Part shown: one piece after another, positions 13,261 through 23,987 of the stretch
How the letters are laid out: the number at the start of each line of letters is the position of its first letter
Numbering within the stretch: the first letter of the stretch is position 1
DNA from: Podarcis muralis
Taxonomy: Eukaryota
Reading direction: 5' to 3'
DNA: 64,000 nt
Assembly: GCF_964188315.1 (NCBI RefSeq)
Contig: NC_135656.1
Coordinates: 106,826,001 to 106,890,000, forward strand
The notes under the pieces: generated by a model
The model's database searches: none
Seen by the model: only the letters and a program-made list of their open reading frames with translations
What the model was told of the DNA's origin: nothing
Position numbers and translations under genes: made by a program

Positions 13261-13698
13261 TTCTTATTTATACCCCGCCCATCTGGCTGAATCTCCCCAG
13301 CCACTCTGAGCGGCTCCCAATCAAGTGTTAAAAGCAATACAGCATTAAATATTAAAAACCTCCCTGAACAGGGCCGCCTTCAGATGTCTTTTGAAGATAG
13401 GATAGCTGCTTATTTCCTTCACATCTGAAGGGAGGGTGTTCCACAGGGTGGGCGCCACTACCGAGAAGGCCCTCTGCCTGGTTCCCTGTAACCTCACTTC
13501 TCGCAATGAGGGAACCGCCAGAAGGCCCTCAGCGCTGGACCTCAGCATCCGGGCTGAACGATGGGGGTGGAGATGCTCCTTCAGGTATACTGGGCCGAGG
13601 CCGTTTAGGGCTTTAAAGTTCAGCACCAACACTTTGAATTGTGCTCGGAAACGTACTAGGAGCCAATGCAGATCTCTCAGGACCGGTGTTATGTGGTC
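13218..13698 (-). mobile_element. L2-clade LINE 3' fragment
   Basis: ORF 13345..13632 (FKALNGLGPVYLKE...LKAALFREVF) and (AAT)n tail. Confidence 0.8.
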
Positions 13699-15164
13699 CC
13701 CAGTGCAAAGACCACTTGTGTAAAGGGAAGTTGGTGGAGGACCCGTAGCTCAAGCCCAGAACAACTTGCCCCAAAATCTTCCAGGGCCAATGGACCAGCC
13801 TTTCTAAGCCTACAGCCACCCCTCCTTCATCAGCTGTAAATTCTATTTTAAGTAGCTATTGGCACTGCACAGGCGAAGAGCAAGCTGGGCTCCCGCTCTC
13901 CAGAGAAACAGTGTCAGCCTGTGACCTTATTCCCACTTTGGGAACTCTCCCTCCCAGAAATAGATCGGGAATTTGGTTACTTGCTTAACCTTTTCCTGCC
14001 TGACAAGGACAAGCTGCACAGGTGCAACTTATGCCTGCCCTCTCATGGGAAATTCAAGCTGCAATCTATGCACCCTTACCTGGGAATCAGTCCCATTGAG
14101 CTCAATGGGGCTAACTAGGGAGCAGAGATACCTAGGCAGGCACTGCCATGCTTGACGATTCTAAGACGCCACATCCAGACTAGGGATGGACACACCTGTC
14201 CATTTTTCTCTCAGCTTTTCTATTCTCAAGGCCTGCCCTCCATAATTCCACATCAGTTTGTGCATTTTTGTAAACAAACGAAAACCACGTCCTTATAAAA
14301 ACCTCAGCATTTCAGTGCAAATTTCCCCCCACCGACACAACTTCGTGTGCACTTTTGAATAAAATGCACATTTCTGCAAAGCAATTTCTCTTCTACAATG
14401 CATTCCTGTATACTATTTTCACTGATATATGCACACTTTACTCTAGTACACGCATATCTGCACACATTACGTGACTGGAGAACTGCGCTGCAAAATTTGG
14501 AGACATGCAAATTTGGGAAGATCGCCGTGTTTTAGTTGCGTACTGCTTTGGAAAGTGCAAATTAGGTTTGCTCATAAATGCAAATGGAATCAAATTCTCT
14601 ATGTTCATCCTTGAAACCTGCAGCTTTCAGCTTTTGAGATCAGTTTCTCTCCTGTGCCTTTAACCAAAGTCTGACATGGAACTTTTACAGTTTAAATAAT
14701 ATTTATACCCTGCCCTTCCAGGGGCGTCAGGGGAGAGAGAATACTGCCTGGGTCCTATCTAGCCATATGGTAATGGGGGCAGGAGGGGGGGTATTTTTTG
14801 GCTGGAGGGCCAGATCATAAACTCCTGCACCCCTTGTGGGCCAAATCTGACAGGTGGGTGGGCTCTTATGTGATGATGACAACATCCTGAGGGGGCTCAG
14901 AGAGTGACAGGCGCCAATGCCTCCTGTTCTAGGCCTCCTGGAAAAGCAAAAACCAAAGGCAGTCGAACCCTGAGATCCAAGGGTCTGTCATCCCTTCCCC
15001 TCCGCTCTCCTCCACTCCCCTTCCACAAATTCTGGAGAGAACTTTCAGCTTTAGGGGTTGTCTTCTTAGCAGCAAACAATGTCCGTCTAAAGGCCTGTGA
15101 GCTATCCAGCTAGGGGCCACTCCCACCACACCTGTGCAGAACACCAGCGCATCAGATCTCTTAC

Positions 15165-15581
15165 CTTGTATTCCTGGGCAGCCTCCTCTATGGGCACCAC
15201 GGTGTGCGGCCTATGGTCCCGAGACCGGTCGCACACCACGCAGATGGTCTTCTGGTCGTCCTTGCAGTAGAGCTTCAAGGCCTCCTTGTGCTTCTCGCAG
15301 AGCCCGTCCTCCTCCAGGCCCTTGCCGCCATGCACGATGAACTGGCTGATGATCTCCGACATGTTGGCCAACTGTCTGTTGGGCCTGAAGCTCTTCTCCT
15401 TGAAAACCTCCCTGCACTGAGGGCAAGGGAAATCGCTCTCCAGGCTCTTCCAGCTCTTGGCGATGCAGGAGCGGCAGAAGTTGTGGCCGCACTCGATGGA
15501 GACAGGGTCCTTGAAGTACTCCAGGCAGACCGAGCAAGTGGCTTCATCTTGAAGGTTGCCCGGCAGGAAGACGGCAGCCAT
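15165..15581 (-). CDS. TRIM-A exon 1: RING (C3HC4) + B-box2, TRIM39/TRIM7-like E3 ligase
   Basis: MAAVFLPGNLQDEATCSVCLEYFKDPVSIECGHNFCRSC...CPQCR...CEKHKEALKLYCKDDQKTICVVCDRSRDHRPH...EYK|gtaaga; strong Kozak gccATGg; 139 codons. Confidence 0.93.
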
Positions 15582-16204
15582 GGCTCCTTCCTGGCCGGCT
15601 AGAGTGCCGTCGCCTCTTCTACCTCCTCCACCGTCTTCTTCTCCTTTAACTGCATACAGGGAACGAATGCTTGGCACGAAACACAAGGCGGGCCTTCCCG
15701 AGCCAGAAACCAGCTGGTGGCCCGAGGTCATCTCAGGAGTTTCTGGTTTCTTAAATTGGCAACAAGTCAGGACCGGGAAGCGAACTGTTTAGGCCTGTTC
15801 GGAGTTTCAAGAGGGGAGAGAAAAGGAGCAGCAGAAGGCCTCGTTTGGGCTGCGGACACAGGAGAGAAGCTTCCCGTGCCCGCATGACGGGTGGCATTTC
15901 GTTTGCCTCAGCAGGGTTGGGGATAATGATTCATTTCTAACATTAGAGCTGAGGAGGCTCCACTGTGCCAGAATAGTCATTCCTTTGCATCTGGACACTG
16001 TCCTCAATAGTCTCAGATGTATAAGGGGGTGTTATTGGGTTGTTGTTGTTTTTGTTTTTAATTGCAAATATTTTGTTTTTATTTTGTGATTTTATCTTGT
16101 GAACAGCCCCGAGATCTGCGGGTATAGGACAGTATACAAATTTAATAAATCATCATCATAAACCTGGTTCTAAATAGCCATGTGGGAAAGGCATTCTGTA
16201 GAAA

Positions 16205-16620
16205 CTCAGGTAGGTAGCCATGTTGGTCTGTCATAGTCGAAACAAAATATAAAAATTCCTTGCAGTAGCACCTTAAGAGACCAACATAGTTAGTTATTGG
16301 TATGAGCTTTTGTGTGCATGCACACTTCTCCAGATACACTGAAAGAGAAGTCACCAGACCCTTATATATAGTGAGAGGGTGGGCAGGAGTGTTACTCAGA
16401 AGGGTGGTGGGAATGGGTGATTGGCTGATAGGTGTGGTAAACCTGTTGACGAGTGTTAACGACTGCAATGGTCTTACAGGAAAAAGCAAGGGGTGAGATG
16501 GCTAAAAATAGCTTTATCATGTATGAGATAAGAATCCAATGTCTCTATTCAGACCAGGTCTCTCCATGGTTTTAAGTTTGGTAATAAGTTGCAATTAAGC
16601 CACTTCCTTTTCCTGTAAGA
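16205..16620 (-). mobile_element. Penelope-like element 3' fragment
   Basis: Minus strand reads LQLITKLKTMERPGLNRDIGFLSH, resembling a GIY-YIG C-terminus. Confidence 0.6.
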
Positions 16621-17030
16621 CCAATTCCAGTCGTTAACAGTCGTTAATTGTGTGCACATTCCCTGTTCAGCAGCAAATTCACATCTTGGTTGCACCTTTC
16701 ACCAGCTGCAGCTTGTACTCAGTCGCTCCCATTCATAGAATCATAGAGTTGGAATAGACCACAAGGGCCATCGAGTCCAACCCCCTGCCAAGCAGGAGGT
16801 TTCCTATGAGTTACAGTTGGAAAGGACCGTGAGGATCATCTAGTCCAAGCCCTTGCAATTCAGGGGTCTTTTGCCCAATGTGGGGCTCGAACCCTGAGGT
16901 TAAAAGCCTCACGGCCCACCAACTGAGCTATCCCTCAACCCTTAGTAATGTTTTACAAGGAGCTCCCCTTGAACCAGGTGATTTCCAGTACAACTACCAG
17001 ATCAATGTCTGAGGTTAGCAGAATGAGTAT

Positions 17031-17263
17031 TAGTGTCATACCTCGGGTTGAAGTTGCTTCAGGTTGAGAGTTTTCGGGCTGCGCACCTGGAAGTAACAGA
17101 ACGCGTTACTTCCGGGTTTTGCCGCTCGCGTAGACGCTCAAAATTACATCACGCACATGCGCAGAAGCAGCAAATCGCAACCCGCGCACATGCGGGTTGT
17201 GTTCTGTTCTGGATGTGAACAGGGCTCCGGAACGGATCCCGTTCACATCCAGAGGTACCACTG
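17031..17263. mobile_element. Tc1/mariner MITE
   Basis: atacctcgggttg...gaggtaccactg TA; sister copy of 32205. Confidence 0.72.
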
Positions 17264-17572
17264 TATGCCTATGCTAAGTCATCTCCACTGGTCACAGGTT
17301 TATTTCCAAGTGCAATTCAACGCACTGAACTTTGAAGCCCTCCATGTTGTGTGTCCCTCTCCCATCCAGATGGCCCAATGAGAAGGCGCCACAGCTGGGC
17401 TAGAAGTGGCAGAGCATCAGGAGTCTGCACAAGGGGTTGGGACAGCGGAGGGAGAAGTGAACAAGTGACAAGGCACCTCCACGTTCAGGTATATCCTCAG
17501 AAGAAACAACTGCTATTACACTGGCCAGCAAAGTAGGAATCAAGGGCCAGTGTGGAAGTATCAGCACCAGCA

Positions 17573-17948
17573 GGGGACGCGGGTGGCGCTGTGGTCTAAA
17601 CCACCGAGTCTCTTGGGCTTGCCGATCCGAAGGCCAGCGGTTTGAATCCCCGCAGCGGGGCGAGGTCCCGTTGCTCTCCCAGCTTCTGCCAACCCAGCAG
17701 TTCAAAAGCACGCCAGTGCAAGTAGATAAATAGGTACCGATGTGGTGGGAAGCTTAACGGCGTTTCTGTGCGCTCTAGTTTCCGTCACAGTGTCCCGTTG
17801 TGCCAGAAGCAGTTTAGTCCTGCTGGCCACATGAACTGGAAAGCTGTCTGTGGACAAATGCTGGCTCCCTCGGCCTGAAAGCGAGATGAGCGTCGCAACC
17901 CCAGTCGCCTTTGATTGGACTTAACTGTCCAGGGGTCCTTTACCTTTA
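17573..17948 (+). mobile_element. Sauria SINE
   Basis: ggggacgcgggtggcgctgtgg head, cctttacctttacc tail, TSD-like accagcag. Confidence 0.85.
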
Positions 17949-18584
17949 CCAGCAGCAATGGACTCACATTGAGGTAGGAGGTCATGTTACAGATGAGTCG
18001 CCTGTTGTCCAAGGGCACTACAGCCTGGCAGAGGTGGAGGGTTTATTTTGGGAGGCTACACCAGAGCCTTTCTGAACTCCAGGGACATTAGAATTGCTGA
18101 GGAAAAGCTAGGGAGGTAGTGCCTGGGGTGCTCAGACCAGGCAGATTTGTAGTGTTACCCACAGAACCAACAGCAGGGTGGGTGGGTGGGCGGGCAAGCA
18201 AAGCAATTAGCATCCCTAACCTGACGTTGAAGTGTAAATGCAGATTTTTCACAATGGAACTTAGCTCCTTGGGTTATTTAGCACATACAGATGCGACACA
18301 AACCTTTCTGGAATGGAACAACTTTAACTGCAAAGAGAGCATCACACAGCCCCCCCACTGCCCCCCCAAACTCCGCCTACTGTTGGATCCCTGCTCATTA
18401 GAGGAGGAAGACGTATGAAGGAGCAATGTAATTTGTGAAAACTAAGCCTTTCACCACAGGGGAAATATGGGTTTATAAACATGGGCACTGCTTTGCTGTA
18501 ACAAGCAGGCTGGGAAAGCCTACGGAGAAAGGACGTCCAACAGACTGATTTCTTTCCAACTCTTAAACGTCACAGAAGTCATGA

Positions 18585-18825
18585 CAGTGGTACCTTGGTT
18601 CTCGAACTTAATCCGTTCCTGGAGTCCACTCATCTCCCAAACCTGTTCGAAAACCAAGGCGCGGCTTCCAATTGGCTGCAGGAGCTTCCTGCACTCAATT
18701 GGAAGCCGCGTCGGATGTTTGGCTTCCGAAAAATGTTCACAAACCGGAACACTCGCTTCCGGGTTTGCGGCGTTGGGGAGCCGATTTGTTCGACAACTAA
18801 GCCATTCGAGAACCAAGGTACCACC
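18585..18825. mobile_element. Tc1/mariner MITE
   Basis: cagtggtaccttggttctcg...cgagaaccaaggtaccac TIRs; related copy at 44540-44780. Confidence 0.75.
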
Positions 18826-20025
18826 AAGGAACTTTTACCTCAGTATACATGGAATGGTAGTTTTACAATCCCTAATTTTGCCCTCTACTCTCCTGATGCT
18901 CAGCAGGGGGGAGGATGGAATAAGGATTGCTAAAATGCTTTTTTTTTTTTTTAAAGAGCCACATATACACATCAAGCTACTTTGGATCATTTTCACACCG
19001 TTTTCCTGTTACTGGGAAGGCAACTTTATTAAAACAGGCTTCTTTTTTCCTGTGATATACAAAAAAAGGATGGCACTGGATCCCATTCACTCTAAAATCA
19101 TGCTGTGTCCAGTAAGTGCCATGTTCACAAAGGGAAATACCCATTCAGAAAAGAGAGATATTCCAAAAGCAGAGAGTGTGAAATGCTTTGAAGAACACTA
19201 CATGTTTGGTGTGTTGTTTTTTATAAATGTAGCCACCTCAACTACTGTCCTAAGATTCTTTGCACAATGTTTAGACGCTATGTATTTGTCACCTTCAGGA
19301 AAATTGGAACACCCAGTTTAGCATTGTTGTGTGGAGGATTTGTACCAACTGAGTAAAGCAGGAGTAAAATTGGGCTTCAGAATGAACCAGTGGGAGGAAA
19401 GAGATCAATCTGCCCTAGAGAATGGATTAAAAGCTATCCACAAACAGATCTGCCACATCTGAGGATGCCCAATTCAGGATCATCACATCCGTGCTAGGGT
19501 CACCCGCAGAGGAAGCAAAAATTTTCTGGATGAAGTGTTCCATTTTGAGCAAACCCTTTCAATGAAACATAAATCAGCTGCTAAGTATTAAAGCTAAAAT
19601 GCAGTTGCTTTTAAAGGAAAATAAATAAATTAAAAATGTGTTAAATATGAACCAGCTGAGAATGCAGTTAAAATTTCCATTTTTAATATCTGCAAGTCCC
19701 CCCCCACAAACTGAACAAGCTCGAACCTACCACTAGGAAGAGGAGTCTTGACAATCCTTTGTATAATGAAGGATGTCCTAACAGCGATACTATTTTTCAA
19801 GGCCTACAGTCTTCTTCATTCACAGTCCTTGTGCTATTCCATAGGGCAACATCGTAAGGCCTTGGTGCAAGGAGAACAGTTCTGCCACCTCCTCCTATTC
19901 TCCCAAAGATCACACAGAGGTAAAACACAGACTTTCTTGCTCCCAAAGAGCTTGGTTCTCTGCTTTGGCCAGTTAGACATCTCCCCGCCCCCCTCTTACA
20001 TAGGGTCCATGGAAAGAGGTTAAAA

Positions 20026-20603
20026 TCATGGACTCAGGAGATCCATCTCATGGACCCCGGCTGGGTATTTCACTCCCATGTGCCTCAGAAACACAGAATG
20101 AGCGGGGAACCCCACCACCCACAGCAAGGGGTGGGTACGCGCCCCATTAAAAGAGGCCGGTGGGAACGTGAATATGGGGCTGTCGGTGTCCGCATCCGTA
20201 AAGGTCACACACTCCCCCACATAGTCCAGGGACACTCGGATCCTCCTTGGGGGCATGCTCAAGGACAGGGCGGTCACAGGGGACGTGAGAGCCCAGTGTT
20301 GGCCCTTCCACAACCCCACGGCCCAGATCCCCTCCTCTGGGCTGAAGCCCATCATGCCCTTCTTCTTTGACGGGTCTCGGGTGACCCCGACGGCCCAGAA
20401 TTCCCCATCGCCCACTTCCAGCTCCCAGAAGTATCTCCCAGAGGTAAACCCGTCACAGCCCAGAACCAAAGCTCTGGAATCCAATCGTTTGGGTGCGTCG
20501 GGGACGTAGTCTAAGGCGGGAAGCCTCTCCTGGAGTTCTTCGCATCCTGCGTTCCTTCGGTCCAACGGTAGAAAAGCACTTGGTACATCCGGATACGCAT
20601 CTG
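20026..20603 (-). CDS. TRIM-B last exon: PRY/SPRY (B30.2), divergent PRY
   Basis: Acceptor cctacag|CA phase 1, matching the preceding exon; LGCDGFTSGRYFWELEVG, WAVGV, EEGIWAVG, RIRVSLDY motifs; TGA at 20026-20028. Confidence 0.88.
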
Positions 20604-20821
20604 CTGTAGGTATAAGGCAAGCCGTTTTCAGTCTGAGGAAGTGAGGGGTGGGGCCATCCCACTAACAAGATTTGTTCCACAATGCAGAGGTGCCCCTCGC
20701 CTCTCCATTTTTACTACATCTCTATTGCTATAACGGCTAGATCTGATGGGAGCTGAAGTCCTAAACATCTGGCGGGCAAACAAAGAGCACAGGGTTCAGG
20801 CCCACCACTATGAAAACTCAC

Positions 20822-20878
20822 CTTTATCGTTCAGTGTTTTCACAGTCTCTCCTTTCTCCACGACAGATGTCACATTAT
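20822..20878 (-). CDS. TRIM-B exon 6 (57 bp): DNVTSVVEKGETVKTLNDK
   Basis: Acceptor tttctctag|AT, donor AAG|gtgagt, phase 1-1, restores frame to the SPRY exon. Confidence 0.8.
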
Positions 20879-21327
20879 CTAGAGAAAGAAAAGGTAGTTT
20901 TTCCTCCCAGCAAAATGTCTCTTAAAGAAATAACTTAGCCCCCCACAATTCAGAAATTAACTTGCCTGAGGCCACTGAGTGGCCTTCTTAGATGGCTACT
21001 TCATCCTGGGTTTCTCATGGTAGAAGTCAGTGCACTCAAACTTCCTTTCAGATTATAGTTACTAATGTGGATGCAGCTTGCTTTAAGGCAGCCTTCCTCA
21101 ACCTGTGGGTCCCCAGGTGTTGTTGAACTACAACTCCCATCGGCCCTAGCTAGCAAGGCCAGAGCTCAGGGATGATGGGAGTTGTAGTCTAACACCATCT
21201 GGGGACCCACAGGTTGAGAACTGCTGTTTTAAGAGATGGAATGGAATTTAGCGGCTAAGTGACTCCCGCATCCTACTTCTGCAAAACAGTCTGCCATCAT
21301 TGAACCTTCCCTTTCTCTCTTTTGTTA

Positions 21328-21693
21328 AAGGTAAAGGTACCCCTGCCTGTACGGGCCAGTCTTGCCAGACTCTGGGGTTGTGCGCCCATCTCACTCAAGA
21401 GGCCGGGGGCCAGCGCTGTCCGCAGACACTTCCGGGTTACGTGGCCAGCGTGACAAAGCTGCATCTGGCAAGCCAGCGCAGCACACAGAAACGCCGTTTA
21501 CCTTCCCGCCAGTAAGCGGTCCCTATTTATCTACTTGCACCCGGGGGTGCTTTCGAACTGCTAGGTTGGCAGGCGCTGGGACTGAGCAACGGGAGCGCAC
21601 CCCGCCGCGGGGATTCGAACCGCCGACCTTTCGATCGGCAAGCCCTAGGCGCTGAGGCTTTTACGCACAGCGCCACCCGCATCCCCACCCGCG
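21328..21693 (-). mobile_element. Sauria SINE (variant subfamily)
   Basis: 12-bp TSD tctcttttgtta. Confidence 0.88.
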
Positions 21694-22181
21694 TCTCTTT
21701 TGTTAGCTTCCCATTAAACACAACTTGCAGTCTTTCCCTATCATTTTCTGCCATCACTGCCTTCTAGGACTGAGATCACAACACCTCACCAAGAATACAG
21801 AGCTCCCATTTTGCCATAGCAACATCATGGTACAAATACTGTAGAGAAGAACCTCAATTTATAAAGTGGTTTGTCTTTGCTGTAAGCAACCCTTACCAAA
21901 ACCACGTTAAATGCTAAGCTGCAACAACTAGAGGGAATGAGGTCCAAAGGCTGAAAAAGTGGTTCAGCTTAGAGCCACGCAATGAATCATGACTTTCGGT
22001 TCACAGTTAAATGCCCTTAGACAGCTCCTGGTGAAACCCCATCTTTCCTTGTGCCTCTACAAAATCCAGAGCCACATTCCCTCCCAAAGTTATGTGAGGA
22101 CTTCTATCTGAACTGGATTTCAATGCACAGTGTCAATTTTTTAAAATGAAAAGCGGAAGACACTCATTAGAATTTAGGTTA

Positions 22182-22575
22182 CAGTGGTGCCTCGCAAGAC
22201 GAAAATAATCAGTTCTGCGAGTCTCTTCGTCTAGCGGTTTTTTCGTCTTGCGAAGCAACCCTATTAGCGGCTTATCGCTATTAGCGGTTTAGCGGCTAAA
22301 AGGCTATTAGCGGCTTAGCGGCTATTAGCGGCTTAGCGGCTATTAAAGGCTTAGCGGCTATTAAAGGCTTAGCGGCTTAGCAGCTAAAAGGCTCTTAGCG
22401 GCTTAGAAAAAGGGAGGGGGGGAGCGAAAAAAATCGCAAGACTCGCAAGACGTTTCCGTCTTGCGAAGCAAGCCCATAGGGAAAATCGTCTTGCGAAGCG
22501 CATCGAAAAACGGAAAACCCTTTCGTCTAGCGGGTTTTTCGTCTTGCGAGGCATTCGTCTTGCGGGGCACCACTG
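22182..22575. mobile_element. Tc1/mariner MITE (CAGTGGTGCC family) with internal minisatellite
   Basis: TIRs, TA TSD; reverse orientation relative to the 12797 copy. Confidence 0.82.
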
Positions 22576-22642
22576 TATTTTCAGATGGCAAAGAGCCAGG
22601 TGCTAGAAGTTCCGCATTCTCTTCAGCCTTTTTTTCCTGTAC

Positions 22643-22758
22643 CTTGGAATCTATTTAGAGTTTCCTTCAGAAGCTTCCCTTTCCGTGAGAAGTCATCCAG
22701 CCTCTCTTCGAGCTTAGGAGAAGCTTCTTCGGATGGCTGGAAATGCCCTGCTGCACAT
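22643..22758 (-). CDS. TRIM-B exon 5 (116 bp): RCAAGHFQPSEEASPKLEERLDDFSRKGKLLKETLNRFQ
   Basis: Acceptor aatgcag|A, donor AAG|gtacag, phase 2-1, canonical 116-bp exon. Confidence 0.87.
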
Positions 22759-23024
22759 CTGCATTTTGAAAGAGAAAACGCCGAGTGTAAACAGTCCCAT
22801 CAACCATGACCTGCATTCCTCTTCAAAGGCAATAATGGTCTGGCCAAGCCTTCCCCAACTAGGCATCTTCCAAATGTTTTGGACTACAGCTTCCAGCATC
22901 CCTGACCATTGGTCATGCTGGCCGGGGCTGAAGGGAGTTGGAATCCAATGTACAGGCCGGTCTTTTCTGGCCACGTGACACTTTTACTGGTTCGAGGAAA
23001 CGAAGCAGACATATTATTAAGGAA

Positions 23025-23102
23025 TGTTGTTGTTGTTTAGTTGTGTCCGACACTTCGTGACCCCATGGACCAGAGCACGCCAGGCACTTCTGTCTTCCAC
23101 TT
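23025..23102 (-). mobile_element. Short BovB 3' tail
   Basis: gttgttgtttagttgtgtccgacacttcgtgaccccatggaccagagcacgccaggc matches the other copies in reverse. Confidence 0.7.
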
Positions 23103-23931
23103 TATTAAGTAATACATCTCACTAAATCACTGTGAAATTGTGCAATTCCAGATCTCTCTTTTACCTTTGTCTTTGGTCTCGACATTTGCAAAGGACCGTT
23201 TCAAATATGCAATGAGGCAAATGCCTCAAGCAGCAGATTTTGGGTGCCGTGAATGGAGCAGAGCAGGGGACAAACCTCCTTCACACCAGAGAGTTCTCCT
23301 GTGTAAGCTCTGCCACAGCTGCCAACTGAATCTGTCAGGCTTGTGCTGGATAATTTAACGACGGGCTGTGCTCCATTTTAATATACGTGTGTGTCATTTG
23401 TATTTCCCACTTCAGGTACCAACATGCCATGAGCTGGTCTGGGGACTGAAGGGGTGCAGTTTTATGTGACAAGCTACTGCGTGAAGCCGCCCCTGCTTCC
23501 CAAGCTTTGTTCCTGCTCCGTCACTTATCATATAGGGAACCTGTGGCTACCCAGATGCTGTTGAGCAGCAACTCCCATCATCCCAGACCACTGGCCACAC
23601 AAGCAGAGGCAGAGAGAAGCTGGAATCCCACAGCCATGTGGAGGGCCACAGATTCCCTACCTGTGACAAATGAGCCGAAGAGCTGCTTCCGGCTGCAAAT
23701 GTTCCTAGGGTAGGCTGAGCGGCCGTTTTGAGTCCCTGGAAGCAGAGGAATCTAAATGCTGCCTTGAACACTGCTCTACTGCCCTGGTACTTGTAAGACT
23801 GGAGGAGCAACAGGGGCACCACTTTCCTTGGCCTGCATGCTATCACCAGTTTGAGGACTAGGAATGCTACCAAATGGCACTTTTGAGGGGTTTTTGGGGG
23901 GGATGGGGAGACACAATAAATCGCCACGTAC

Positions 23932-23954
23932 CTGCTCATTGTTTTTTTAATGTC
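23932..23954 (-). CDS. TRIM-B exon 4 (23 bp): DIKKTMSR
   Basis: ctctctag|GACATTAAAAAAACAATGAGCAG|gtacgt; canonical 23-bp TRIM micro-exon, phase 0-2. Confidence 0.85.
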
Positions 23955-23956
23955 CT

Positions 23957-23987
<31 letters not shown>

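Noticed and set aside
15582-15731. Upstream in-frame starts in the ORF track (15731; also 30560 and 48364)
   Set aside because: Paralog alignment and Kozak context favour the downstream ATGs; the extensions look like 5'UTR or promoter sequence, although the 15731 ATG cannot be fully excluded
18581-19321. 246-aa plus-strand ORF
   Set aside because: First part is a mariner MITE and the rest is probable TRIM-B 3' flank; no recognisable domain
20630-20640. Alternative acceptor cttcctcag|ACTG for the TRIM-B last exon
   Set aside because: Would need phase 2, but the preceding exon ends in phase 1; the 20603 acceptor fits
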